Origin: Octopus vulgaris
Lineage: Eukaryota
Direction of reading: 5' to 3'
Assembly (NCBI GenBank): GCA_951406725.2
Contig: OX597821.1
Location: 79,670,001 to 79,734,000, forward strand
Length of the DNA stretch: 64,000 bases
Of the stretch, positions 41,665 to 54,964 are shown in pieces. Each line of letters starts with the position of its first letter. The stretch's first letter is position 1. The notes beneath the pieces were generated by a model. It had not been told where the DNA came from. It searched no databases and saw only the letters and a program-made list of their open reading frames with translations. The translations under genes were made by a program, and so were the position numbers.

Positions 41665-41962
41665 ACGATTAACGTCACCCTTTTCAAGCCTAGCCAGGCT
41701 CACGGGCCCGGTTTCCTGGTTTTTGTGGCGTATGTCCCCCCCCCCCACCGCCAGGTGGACGGGACACCAGTCCATTGCATCGTTACTCAAGAAACAGGAA
41801 GAGAGAGAAAGTTGTGGCGAGAGAGTACAACAGGAGTCGCCACCACCCCCTGCCGGAGCAGATATTTTCGCTCAATAAACACACAACGCCCGGTCTGGGA
41901 ATCGAAGCAGCGATCCTCCGACCGCGAGTCCGCTACCCTAACCACTGGGCCATTGCGCCTCT
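41665..41962 (-). mobile_element. tRNA-derived SINE (family B)
   Basis: Reverse complement begins 'gaggcgcaatggcccagtggttagggtagcggactcgcgg...ttcgattccc'. Confidence 0.85.
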
Positions 41963-42184
41963 ACTGCTAATTATATGCACGTATGTAAATGTATTTACAA
42001 TGCTTCTCTGCATACACATATGAGTTTCGCTAACGAATCTACTGATAAGCAAATGAATAAAACTAATATGTGTAGCTCATATCATTTTGTTCATGATTAA
42101 TTATTGATTCCGCTCTCTCTTTATCACTTTCTCTACCCCTCTCTCTCTTCCACTATCTCTCTCTGCTGTAGAGTAGACTAAATA

Positions 42185-42230
42185 GACACTCCTGATGAAC
42201 CGGTAATGACTGGGTGAAACCGTTTGTGTT
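42185..42230 (+). ncRNA. Degenerate hammerhead-like motif
   Basis: gacactc-CTGATGA-ACCGGT aatg ACTGGGT-GAAAC-cgtt-tgtgtt. Confidence 0.4.
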
Positions 42231-42402
42231 GTACCGCGGAGGTATCATTCTATAGAGATCATTTTCAGAAAGTTCCCTGTGGTTTGACCATAGGATCAGA
42301 ATCTATTTGCATAGTGATGCTAAACTAATGATGCATTTTTATATAGCATGCACGTTTAAATTTAAGTATACCTTATCCCAAAACACGTTGTCTTAGTACT
42401 TT

Positions 42403-42481
<79 letters not shown>

Positions 42482-42611
42482 GAAAGAATATGTTATTGAG
42501 AATTAAGCAATAAGTAAGATTCTATTCCGCTGGTTGATCGGTGAGGATTACTTTTACATTCACTGACAATATGCTATTTCACACAGTCCGATTGCTACTA
42601 CTCGTAAGATT

Positions 42612-42712
42612 TGAATCTGAAGGAATGCTTGCAGACAAAAGGCACGATATATAAATCTACCGAAGTATTGTGTCTATACAGCATGAAACTATAAGTAGCT
42701 CATTTAAATACT
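42612..42712 (+). ncRNA. Degenerate hammerhead-like motif (paralog of 32757)
   Basis: TGAAT-CTGAAGG-A-ATGCTtgcAGACA...TGTCTatacAGCAT-GAAAC-TATAA-GTA-GCTCA. Confidence 0.45.
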
Positions 42713-42741
42713 CTGTGTGTGTGTATATGTGTGTGTGTTTG

Positions 42742-42779
<38 letters not shown>

Positions 42780-42829
42780 ATATTATATACATGTATGTGC
42801 AAATACATCACTTATTTCAACCCGGGACC

Positions 42830-42907
<78 letters not shown>

Positions 42908-44112
42908 TGCAATTCATAAACAAATCTATCATATAAACATTTGCTATACAGATATACATATTACATGCGAGTATATTCATATAGATATATGCTTATTGCA
43001 TAAATGAAGCGCGTGTTCGACTCATTGCTATACTTTTGTGGATTCATTTTATTTTCTAACTGTAATTAATACCACTCTTCCCCCTATCACATATTCGATG
43101 TTCTGCTACGTCAACGGTAAGACGAACGTGTGAGTGCTTGTTTGCTGGCTATTACATCGTCACTTAAAAGATTTCACGATGTATATACTATCCAAGTTAT
43201 ATCTGCCTGTAAGTGACGTTTGTTTGTATGTTTATAACGAAGCTTGCTACATACACCCATACATATATATCTATAATATAACGTGAACTAAATGCAACAT
43301 CTATCGGTAGACTATGACTCAGTGACGCGCACTATGAATTTGTTAACCATCTTTGCAGTCCCACGTATGAACCAGAGGAACATTCAGGGTGTGACACCTG
43401 GAGTATTGGGACTGATATCTTTTTCTACCGACGAGAGTGAAAACTATTTTCCGAGACATCTGAACTTAGAATGCAGAGGACTGGAATATCGCCACACCTT
43501 TTACCTAACGCTCAAAGTAGCAGCCAGCCAACATCCTTTAAATGAGAACTTTCAAACCTTATTTATTAAACTTCAATTATTATCTGCCATTTATGTACTG
43601 GAAAGCAATTACATTTTCATTTGAAAAATTTTCAAGAGAAATCCACTAAAATTCTGTTAAATCAAAAAAATTTTATTCAAAAAATTTTAGATTTACTACA
43701 GTGAAACTGAATTGAATTAGATGCAAAAGCTTTTTATGTGGAAATTTCGCGAAAGTTTTGAAGTGTGAAAAGTAGATCAATAACTCCTTGTGGTTATAAA
43801 GTTGGATTTACAATGAAGAATTTCCAGTGCCTCCACCAAGTCCAAATTACAGCAAGTCATTTTTGCAAGAACATGCTTACAATAATTTATATTCCTCTCT
43901 TTAATGTCCCAGATGAATTCGTCCAAGGAAGTGTAGTTTTCTTTTGTAATTAAAAGAAGGAACGTGATTGCGTTTTCTGATCTTCAATTTCGAAGACGCT
44001 GCTCCTATGTGATAATGGGCACGCTCAGGTGTTTTGAGCGAGCACTTATATATTAGATTATTCTTCAGGCATTGGTTATGAAAAGTGCACTTATCATGGT
44101 CTCTCTCTCCCC

Positions 44113-44160
<48 letters not shown>

Positions 44161-45172
44161 TCACACACAATGCACACACACTTGTATATAAGCCCGTACA
44201 TACATATCTGTGTGCGTGTGCATGTGTGCGTGAATTTGGATGCGTATATTTGTATGTGCATGTGTTTGCACATGTGCGTTATAAACATAAAATTGCTAGA
44301 TGCTATTATTTCGCGCGCGTATATAAAACAGCAGCTTGCTAGGTCATATGGGACATTACAGGTTTTTTCCGTTAATTTGAAAAGAGAGCAAAAATTACAT
44401 GCGTGTCTGCTGGTCGGCATTAACTCTACCTTTCATTTCATTCTTCGTGTCCTATAGTTTATGATATAATATTTCTCAGCAAAACATATATTATAAAATT
44501 TTGAATAGCTGTTATCTATGATGTGTATGCGTGTCTGTGTTTGAGTAGACCGGGGAATTTCGGTGTAATTTCTTTGTACTATATACCTTTGTATGAGAGG
44601 TAACTATCAAGAAGAAACAACTCAAAGTAAAAACCAATTATTCCATAAATATAGATCGGTACATGAGGGATCTATATAACTTATTAAAACCATTAATGAT
44701 AGTGTTCCATTATGGATGCAGTCCAGTGAATGAACTCAGTAAAAGAATAAAAGAATATAACCGTGTGTTTTTCTGTCTGTATAGTTATGTCTGTCTGTTT
44801 GTCATTATATATATATATATGTGTGTGTGTGTGTATGTATGTATACATGTGTATACAGATTTCTCTGCCTGTATGTTTGTCTGTCTCTCTCTACATACAT
44901 ATACACACACACATACACATATTATTGAAAACAGTTTATCCGGTTCTATGCGACTTAAAGTTTCGCAGGCCCCTAACAGGAGCCCGCCTTTTTCAGGCTT
45001 TGGGTTGCTGAACGGTGAGATACAGGAAGTCCAAGATGCCTACCTGAAGACAGGGTGATATTGGTCAAGGCGGGTCACATGATGTCAAAGAAGACCAATC
45101 GCTCAGCCACAACAGCTCCTTTAGAAAGGTATCTACCTACCTACCTACCTACCTACCTACCTACCTACCTAC

Positions 45173-45264
<92 letters not shown>

Positions 45265-45297
45265 GTCTGTCTATCTCTCTCTCTATATATATATATA

Positions 45298-45358
<61 letters not shown>

Positions 45359-45393
45359 ATGTCTGTCTATCTATCTATCTGTCTATCTCTCTC

Positions 45394-45468
<75 letters not shown>

Positions 45469-46185
45469 CTCTCTCTCTATCTATCTATCTATCTCTTTCA
45501 ACATATCTGACCATATCACTATTCGCAAAGCAAGTCCATCTGCCCAATGTCTGTGTTTTGTCTCTCTATTTCCTGGCCACTCTCTCCCCACGCTTTCTCC
45601 GCAGGCTAGCTTTCAATATTCCACCAAACCGTCTATCAATAAATCTACCCAAGCATTCACCCATACCCAACCCCAAGACCAACCAACTAACCAACCAACC
45701 AACCAACCAACAGACCAACCAGCCAGCCAGCCAGTCGGCCAACCGACCAACCGACCCACCTGCAAAATACCCAAACCAACCACCACCCGTCCATCCACCT
45801 GTACCACGTCTCACTGTACAGACCATAATTACATCCACAAATGCAGTCATATAAACATCATTAAGTATTTCGCACATATTTAAGTTGCTCTCCATGACTA
45901 ATGATCTTAAAAAGTCTCTGCTTCGTCTGAAGAAACGAATTTAGCCGAGATACTTCATGCTGTGATTTTCCCTTCTTCTACATCTAATACTTCCATACTT
46001 TCAGTGTACATTAGACTATTTAACACATTTATACACACACGTACACACACACACACACACACACACACGCATACGCACGTATATACAGACAGGTTATATA
46101 TATTTACAATTATATAACTAGTGCATATATATATATATATGATATATACTATATACATGTGTATATGTGTGTATATATGTGTGTG

Positions 46186-46233
<48 letters not shown>

Positions 46234-46366
46234 CATAGATATACATATATATTCACTCATAGAAAGGTACATAAATAACTATATCTGCACAAGTGCACAC
46301 AAGTGCACACATGTGTACACCGCATAGGCACGCACGTACGCATGTAGATACATATGCATATGTGTG

Positions 46367-46397
<31 letters not shown>

Positions 46398-46991
46398 GCA
46401 TGTGTATATTTATAAATAAATACATGCAAATATATATATATACAGATATATATACACTCAGATATATACACACATATGCTTACATAAGTATATACATACA
46501 CAATACATGTAAATATACATGCTCGTCTGCTAGCACCTTCACATATTGTATATTCATAATAAACATCTATATATATATATATATATATATAAAAGTATAT
46601 ATATATATACGTACATATATTTATAATGCACGTATGTGTGTATTGGTATACACTTTATTTTAATAGGTTCCATCTGTTAGATTTCCCAGTCCTGTCCACC
46701 TCCACAAAACAAGTGTTGGCACGTTCTCGATGGCAATGGCGAGCTTCTTTGGGCGCCAGCATTCTGTCATTTTACTGCAGGTGAGGTCCGAAGCAATGCA
46801 CAGCTGTAGGCACTGCGTTGGTTTGCAGCTGTTTGACAAAGGCTAGAGACGGTAAAATGCAATTTTTTTTCAGCAGGGTACAATCCAGTGCACTGCGTTT
46901 TCTCAGAGACAGATCCACATGCACAGGTATGCATCCCTGTGCATGAATATCTGCAGCACACACACATGTGCCTTATGGTGCTGTTTATCCT

Positions 46992-47214
46992 TTTATTCTT
47001 TTATTCTCTTACTTGTTTCAGTCATTTGACTGCGACCATGCTGGAGCACTGCCTTTAGTCGAACAAATCGACCCCAGGACTTATTTGTAAGCCTAGTACT
47101 TATTTTATAGGACTTTATTACCGAATCGGTAAGTTACGGGGACGTAAACACACCAACATCAGTTGTCAAGCGATGGTGGGGACAAACACAGACACACAAA
47201 TACATCCATCCATC

Positions 47215-47259
<45 letters not shown>

Positions 47260-47398
47260 ATTTCGTCTACGAAATCCACTCACAAGGCTTTGGTCGGCCC
47301 GAGTCTGTAGTAGAAGACACTTGCCCATGGTGCTATGAAATGGGATGAACCCGGAACCATGTGGATGGGAAGCAGGCTTCTTCCCACACAGCCACTCC
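46992..47398 (-). mobile_element. tRNA-derived SINE (family A)
   Basis: Complete tail-to-head reverse complement of family A. Confidence 0.85.
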
Positions 47399-47599
47399 TA
47401 GCTTTTGTTTTCGTTTGTTTCCGTGAGTGGAATACGGTCATACTGTAGCAGTGCAATACAGAGTATTGGCGATTACATTGGTTTCAGTACTTAGTTTACC
47501 GACCTGGTAGCAATTGTTTTATCTATCTCTGATTGGTGGCAGACAAAGTGCATTTGGTCACACAGCAGAATGCACTGTATTCCTATCGTATATGTAGAT

Positions 47600-47920
47600 G
47601 AGGAGAAGCCGTATGGCTCAGTGGTTAGAGCATCCGGCTCACAGTCATGAGGTAGTGAGTTCGATTCCCAGACCAGGCTGTGTTGTGTTCTTGAGCAAGA
47701 CACTTTATTTCACGTTGCTCCAGTTCATACAGCAGTAGAAATAAGATGCGACGCAACTGGTGGCTAGCTGTATCAGCCTTTACTTTTCTCTTTGCTAACA
47801 TTGGTGGCGCGGAGAAGGGAGGCTGGTATGCATGGGTGAATGCTGGTCTTCCATCAACAACCTTGCTCGGACTTGTGCATCGGAGGGTAACTTTCTAGAT
47901 GATTCCCATGGTCATTCATG
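47600..47920 (+). mobile_element. tRNA-derived SINE (family B-related head)
   Basis: 'tggctcagtggttagagca' (A box), 'gagttcgattccc' (B box), 'ttcttgagcaagacacttt'. Confidence 0.75.
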
Positions 47921-48740
47921 TAGATAAGGTGACTAAGATTTCGGGACTGAGTTTTAGTCTGAGAGATAACATATTTGGTTCTTATTTCTTTTTACATCAG
48001 TCTCTCTGTATTTTCGGGCGTATGGAAGCTGTCAAAGAAAAGAAGAGTGGGGTTCCTTTGAAATATGAATTAGCTTTATAGAGTGCTCTATGTCATTAGG
48101 ATAATTTCTGATTCGCGGTTCCTAAGTTTCCAGACGGATTAGAACAAAGAAATGGAGTTTGTCCTTGATATGGACGAGTGTATATGCTGAGGATATTGGT
48201 TTCAAATTTTGGCACCAAGCCAGAAATTTCGGGGAAGAAGGTAAGTAGATTACATCGAACCCGGTGTTCAGCTAGTGCTTATTTTATCGACCCTGAAAGG
48301 ATGAAAGACAAAGTCGATCTCGGCGATAATTAAATTTCGGAACGTAAAGACAGACGAAATGCCGCTAAGCATTTGCCCGGCGCGCTAACGATTCTGCCAG
48401 CCATATATATATATATATTTATTTATACATATATCAGGGACTCTCCCATCGCTAGACAACGTATGAGGGTTCGGCAGTTTCTAGCCGAACAACCGCACAG
48501 ATGGGTTCTTCGTGATCAAATGTTTGCGTTCACATAAGCTCACCCCCCCCCCATCAAATCGATATTACCTGTACTTGTGCAATGGGTGCCACGTGTCAGA
48601 TAACGAAATGATCGCAGAGCAATGTGTAATGAAGTACTTTGCTCAAGAACACAACACAAAGCCTGGTTTAGAAATCAAAACTATAATCTCGCAATCGTGA
48701 GTGCAACACCCTAACCATCAAGCCATGCGACTTCACATAT

Positions 48741-49145
48741 ACTCTTTTACTCTTTTACTTGTTTCAGTCATTTGACAGTGGCCATGCTGGAGCATCGCCT
48801 TTTAGTCGAGTCAATCGACCCCAGGACTTATTCTTTGTAAGCCCAGTACTTATTCTATCAGTCTGTTTTACCGAACCGCTAAGTTACGTGGAGGTAAACA
48901 TACCAGCATCTGTTGTCAAGCGATGTTGGGTGGACAAACACAGACACACAAACATAAGCACACACATACATATATATACATATATACGACGGGCTTCTTT
49001 CAGTTTCCGTCTACCAAATCCACTCATGAGGCTTTGGTCGGCACGTGGCTATAGTAGAAGACACTTGCCCAAGGTGCGACGCAGTGGGACTGAACCCGGA
49101 ACCATGTAGTTGGTAAGCAAGCTACTTACCACACAGCCACTCCTA
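48741..49145 (-). mobile_element. tRNA-derived SINE (family A), near full length
   Basis: Ends 'gcagtgggactgaacccggaacc...cttaccacacagccactcct'. Confidence 0.9.
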
Positions 49146-49239
49146 CACACACACATACACACACACACACATATATATATATGTATGTATGTATGTATAT
49201 ATATGTGTGTGTGTTCCTGTGTATATTATATATATATAC

Positions 49240-49295
<56 letters not shown>

Positions 49296-49659
49296 TGAGA
49301 GAGCGAGAAAGAGAAAGAGCGTTTCAGAAGGAAAGGACCAGGGAACGTACGAGAAAGCGAGAGCAACAGAAATATATAAAGCTGTATAACTAGATAAACT
49401 ACCTATATGTATAAGATTGTACAAGTGTAGTGATGCAGATGTTCGCAGTGGGGTGCTGCAAGTATCAGTTTTGAACTCCCCATTGTTTATTATGTCAGTG
49501 ATAGCTGATACAGGCTTGGTGAGAGCAAACTTTTAAAACTCTGCAGATGACAGCCAAGATACGGAGACGTCAAGAAACCGCTTTCTCTCTGTTTGTCTTT
49601 ATTACCGCCTCAGACTGTTTGTAAACATGTTTCCACTCTTTTCCTTGCATCAGTACACA

Positions 49660-49709
<50 letters not shown>

Positions 49710-49734
49710 CACACAAATAGATACACATATGTTA

Positions 49735-49787
<53 letters not shown>

Positions 49788-51305
49788 ACACATATATATG
49801 CATATGTGTGTATGTATCAAAAAATGTGAGAGTCTGTTGTGATGCTGTATGCCCCATTAGGCGAGAACTTATCCGGTTTCCATGGCGTTTAAGCGACTAA
49901 GAGTACACTTCTCACGGAATGGTGCTGCAATTCGTAGCAAGGTTAATTACCCCGAGTGTCGCTCGTCCTTATTTTCAATTGAGTGGGCTGAAGCAACGTT
50001 AAATGAAGGACACCATTCCTTGGTGTCATGGAATCGAACTCATCCCACGGCTTCATAATCGTGGACCCAACATCCTAAAGATTATCTGTCACCTTCTCTA
50101 CCCATCATATCCCACCCCACCCACTCCCACATACCCCACCTCTACCCCAAATTCAGTCTAACCCACACCCCACCCTTACTTTCCCCTCTCTTGCCCCCCC
50201 CACATCCCAATACCACCACAACACGCCACACACCACCACACCACACACCATCATACCACACGATACCACATCACATCACACCACCACGCACACACACAGA
50301 CAATACACACACACACACAATACACACACACACACACACAATACACACACACACAATACACACACACACACACAAACACGGACGCAAACGTATTCGCACA
50401 TAAGGATACACATCATAGAAGGGCAGAATGGAGTAAGTGGAACAAGAGCACACACGAAGACGAAAAGTGTTTCTGAAGAGGTCACAGATGTGTGAGGGAA
50501 GATTTCCGCACAATGGGCATGCGTAGTTGCTACGAGCGAGCGAGCATGATCTAGTTACTCGTACCTCGTTTTCACTAACTGTTGTAGATACCTATATGAC
50601 TATGAGGCTGCGAGCAGACATTGGCGACCTTTCGGCCCTTCTATCCTTGACCCAGTGAAACATTGAAGAAAGAAAGCCGTGTAGACTGGAGCAGCGTGTA
50701 ATGAAGTTTCTTATTCAAGGACATAAAGCGCTCTCCGGTTCAGGAATCGAACCCACGACTGCTAGACCACACTTCTTCACAAAATCACGTATACGTTGCA
50801 TACATATGAACACACAATACATTGGTGAACACATATAAGTGTACATTTTTCTAAACATACATATGTAAATATACACCGGAACAGGCGCACTGTATCGATA
50901 TATTGGGCATTATGCGTTATACCACATTGCTTGAAGCCAATAGGTGTCATATCTTTTGGTTAAATAGTATTAGGACTGATCACCCATTGATAATTATCTC
51001 TGATCACCCATTGATAATTATCGGTTACTTATTGGAATTGTGCGGCATACATACATACGTAAAAAATTTCCATCTGAGATTCTTATGTCAATAGATGCAC
51101 AGACTTGGGTGTATGCATTGACAGTTCAACCAGCACACCTATTCAACCGCATATTTAATTTATAAACACCGGGAACTCCCTTAACTCAAAACGTCATGTC
51201 GCTTTCCTAGCGACCGGCTTGGACTCTCTCAAGAAGAACTTAAGTGAAACTCAAAATAAAATTATACATACATTCATATGCATAGGTATACATATATATG
51301 TAAAA

Positions 51306-51373
<68 letters not shown>

Positions 51374-51441
51374 ACACACACATACATATTTATTTATATA
51401 CAAACATATATACATATATGTATATATATGTGAGTGTGTGC

Positions 51442-51515
<74 letters not shown>

Positions 51516-51552
51516 ATATATATATATATATACATATCTCCTGTCACAACCT

Positions 51553-51596
51553 GGGACCTTGAAGACTGCTATAATGCAAGAAAGTATACTAGTCCC
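51553..51596 (+). ncRNA. Compact type I hammerhead-like motif in a ~120-bp island between (TA)n tracts
   Basis: GGGAC-CTTGAAGA-CTGC tataat GCAA-GAAA-GTATAC-TA^-GTCCC; 5-bp stem I and palindromic stem III AGTATACT. Confidence 0.7.
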
Positions 51597-51651
51597 TTAA
51601 TATATCACCATTTCATTTACTCAATAAGACAATCAATACTTCATTTCCTTT

Positions 51652-51695
<44 letters not shown>

Positions 51696-51753
51696 TATAT
51701 ATTCTATATTCTACATTTACATTATAAAAATCAGACAGAATTGGAATTCTTTG

Positions 51754-51826
<73 letters not shown>

Positions 51827-51829
<3 letters not shown>

Positions 51830-52485
51830 CACCAACTAAAAAACTTTTTGGCTGCTATTTCTAAAAATTTTAGTATGTGGCAAAGTAATTTATTTTACTA
51901 AGCCCTAATTATATAACGTAATATTTTGAATACGCCTTAAATGCTCCTTTTACATACCGAACACTACTTGGTGAAATTAATTAATAACTAATTGATTTTA
52001 CCCTTAATTATTGATAATATAATTCCTTTCTCCCTGTTCTGTTACTACGGTTCTCACCGTTATAGTATGTTTACTAGATAACTCACGTGGGTGGAAGAGG
52101 AAAGAACATGAATCTTCGCTTGTACATTTTGAATTTGCTAGTACTGGCAGTTTGAAGATGTTTGTCTGAGGTGATTCATTATCGGACGGGTATGTTCATT
52201 TTTTTAGTGCTTTCAAATCCAAAATTAAGAAATGTTGAGCTGACGAAAGAAATGCTGAGTTATATTTCGGCTAATCTAGAAACGTGAGCGTTCTCAAATG
52301 ATCTTTGTACATGTGATATTTTACTGTTTTCCCTCCATATCTTCGTGAGTTATTTTTGAGTAAACATTATCTGGGAGACTTTTTCTTAAAGTAGTGGAAA
52401 TAGCTAAAACATTTTTGGCTGCTATTTCTAAAAAATTCAGTATGTGGCAAAGTAATTTATTTTACTAAGCCCTAATTATATAACG

Positions 52486-52487
<2 letters not shown>
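51827..52487 (+). mobile_element. Terminally redundant ~567-bp hammerhead cassette in (TA)n
   Basis: ~75-bp direct repeat at 51845-51919 and 52412-52487; long (TA)n on both sides; internal hammerhead at 52235-52297. Confidence 0.75.
52235..52297 (+). ncRNA. Type I hammerhead ribozyme motif
   Basis: TTGAG-CTGACGA-aAGA aat GCTGAG ttatat TTCGGC taa TCTa-GAAAC-G tgag C-GTT^-CTCAA. Confidence 0.7.
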
Positions 52488-52556
<69 letters not shown>

Positions 52557-53865
52557 TAAATTAGAGATAAAACCACTATTAGGCAAATCAAACAGTGAAA
52601 ATCATAAGCCAATACATAGAAATAAAATTAATTAAAAAAATATAAAATATAAAATATAAAAAATATTAAATTCCAAATTAAATATTTAAATTAAAGTTAA
52701 AAGTTTAATATAAGATAAAGAGTAAAAACACTACGATCGTTTCATGCCCGTAACCAATTCGAATAACAATAATTTAAATTCTTTAAATTTTAATATTTTA
52801 TAAGTCTTACGGTGTAATAATATTGTTTTTTATGTAAATATCGTTGTTTATGTAATGATCTAATTATCGTAATTTTCTCTATAATTATTAGATATGAACT
52901 TTAAGTTTATTCGTAAGAATTTACTTAGCGATAGATATGTTGTTTCATAGCAAGTATACGAGTTGTTTAAAGTTAGGTTTATGTATATACATGTATTAAT
53001 AGCATTAATTGTAGTTTTAAATTTCTTATAATTATTATTTTAACTTATATATTGTCTTTTTAAATTGATATTTGCTAGTTTTATTATTCCCATTGATAAA
53101 TATATTTATAGTATTTATTTGATACTATATAACTACGAATTGCTTATTTCTCTAAGTATTTTAAATATAAGATTTCTGAAAGTTATTTTTTAGCCAACGA
53201 GATATAAAGATAGTTAATTTGCTATAGCGTTCGTTTAAGATTGTTTGTTTGTATTTTTGAAATTAGCTATTTCATCTTTAAATATGAAAAATTAATTTAT
53301 TAGGTCTTTATTATATGTGCATATATATTTATTTATAGAGATTATTTTAGATCTTAATTATAATATTTATATACATTTATATATTTTCATTGATAATTTA
53401 TATATTATTAAAATTTTATATTTTTAATATAATAGTTTTTTTTGTAAAATATTTATATAATTAGATATTGACTATTACTGATATTAGATTATTGGTGGGT
53501 TTCTTACCTTAAAAATTAATACTTAAAAATTAAAATTAATATTTAACATTATAATCGATGTTTTGATATAATCATAATCGTTAAGTTTCTAGTTTGATAA
53601 TAGAGTTTTTATAAGTAAAATTATTATATTATTTATTTCTGAAAAATATTGTTTAGATATTTCTGATTATTTATTAAAATATTACAATTAACCTGAAGAT
53701 TGACTTTAACTATAATTCGAATTATTAATTGAATTTAAATTATTGTTATTCGAATTGGTTACGGGCATGAAACGATCGTAGTGTTTTTACTCTTTATCTT
53801 ATGTTAAACTTTTAATACTTTTTGATAGTTATATAATTAAAAAAAAAAAATAAAAATAAAACAAT

Positions 53866-53912
<47 letters not shown>

Positions 53913-53915
<3 letters not shown>

Positions 53916-54169
53916 AAAATAAAAACCGAAAATACGCACACTTACATGGTTATAGTATAATTTTTAATGTATCGATCGGTTTCGCAATCACTATTCATGA
54001 TACTCGTGAATCTCATTATAAACAACATGGACCCATTTTCTTCTTAAGAAAAAAATATTTTCATATAAATTAAACAATGTATCATGAATAGCGATTGCGA
54101 AACCGGTCGATATATTAAAAATTATACTATAACCATGTAAGTGCGCGTATTTTCCGTTTTTATTTTTCT
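53913..54169. repeat. ~90-bp inverted repeat pair with 75-bp spacer, carrying a hammerhead 3' half
   Basis: 53913-54003 is the reverse complement of 54079-54169; the right arm contains TTGC-GAAAC-CG-GTC-gatat. Confidence 0.8.
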
Positions 54170-54214
54170 TATACACATTACATGGGGACAACCGAAATTC
54201 CTCTTTTCTGTTAC

Positions 54215-54256
<42 letters not shown>

Positions 54257-54259
<3 letters not shown>

Positions 54260-54554
54260 CGACCGACCTGGCCATCAGATGTTGTTACACATCGCTGGTC
54301 ACAATGCACTTCGCATTGTTTTAGCCTTCAAATGACGCCACCCCGCTGGCTAAGCGAGCAGGCCAACAGAAGAAAGAGTGAGAGAAAGTTGTGGCGAAAG
54401 AGTACAGCAGGGATCGCCACCATCCCCTGCCGGAGCCTCGTGGAGCTTTAGGTGTTTTCGCTCAATAAACAGTCACAACGCCCGGTCTGCGAATCGAAAC
54501 CGCGATCCTACGACCTCGAGTCCGCTGCCCTAGCCACTAGGCCATTGCGCCTCC
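54257..54554 (-). mobile_element. tRNA-derived SINE (family B)
   Basis: Reverse complement begins 'ggaggcgcaatggcctagtggctagggcagcggactcg...ggtttcgattcg'. Confidence 0.85.
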
Positions 54555-54571
54555 ACACACACACACACACG

Positions 54572-54604
<33 letters not shown>

Positions 54605-54877
54605 TTAAAATTTATAAGTTTAAATTATTTAAATTATTTTTTAAATTTTAACTTTAATTTACATATTTTAATTTGGAATTTAATATTTTTTATATTTTAT
54701 ATTCTATATTTTTTTAATTAATTTTATTTCTATGTATTGGCTTATGATTTTCACTGTTTGATTTGCCTAATAGTGGTTTTATCTCTAATTTAATATAATA
54801 TAATATAATATATTTATACTATAAAATTAGATTTAATCCTAAATCGAATTTTTCCCTGTAAGTTTGGATTTACTCCC

Positions 54878-54964
<87 letters not shown>

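Larger units (their letters stand above)
52550..54800. mobile_element. Inverted-repeat Penelope-like cassette with hammerhead, interrupted by nested insertions
   Basis: 52550-52781 is the reverse complement of 53731-53815 plus 54646-54800. Hammerhead-like CTGAAGA(53693)...GGCAT-GAAAC-GATC-GTA(53780). Confidence 0.7.

Noticed and set aside
41880-41962. tRNA-like sequences (also 14688, 47605, 54480)
   Set aside because: They have A/B boxes but continue into shared SINE bodies and do not form full cloverleaves.
46670-46970. Unique, moderate-GC segment that could be a host exon
   Set aside because: No recognisable motif, a stop in the best frame, and no convincing splice pair; BLASTx needed.
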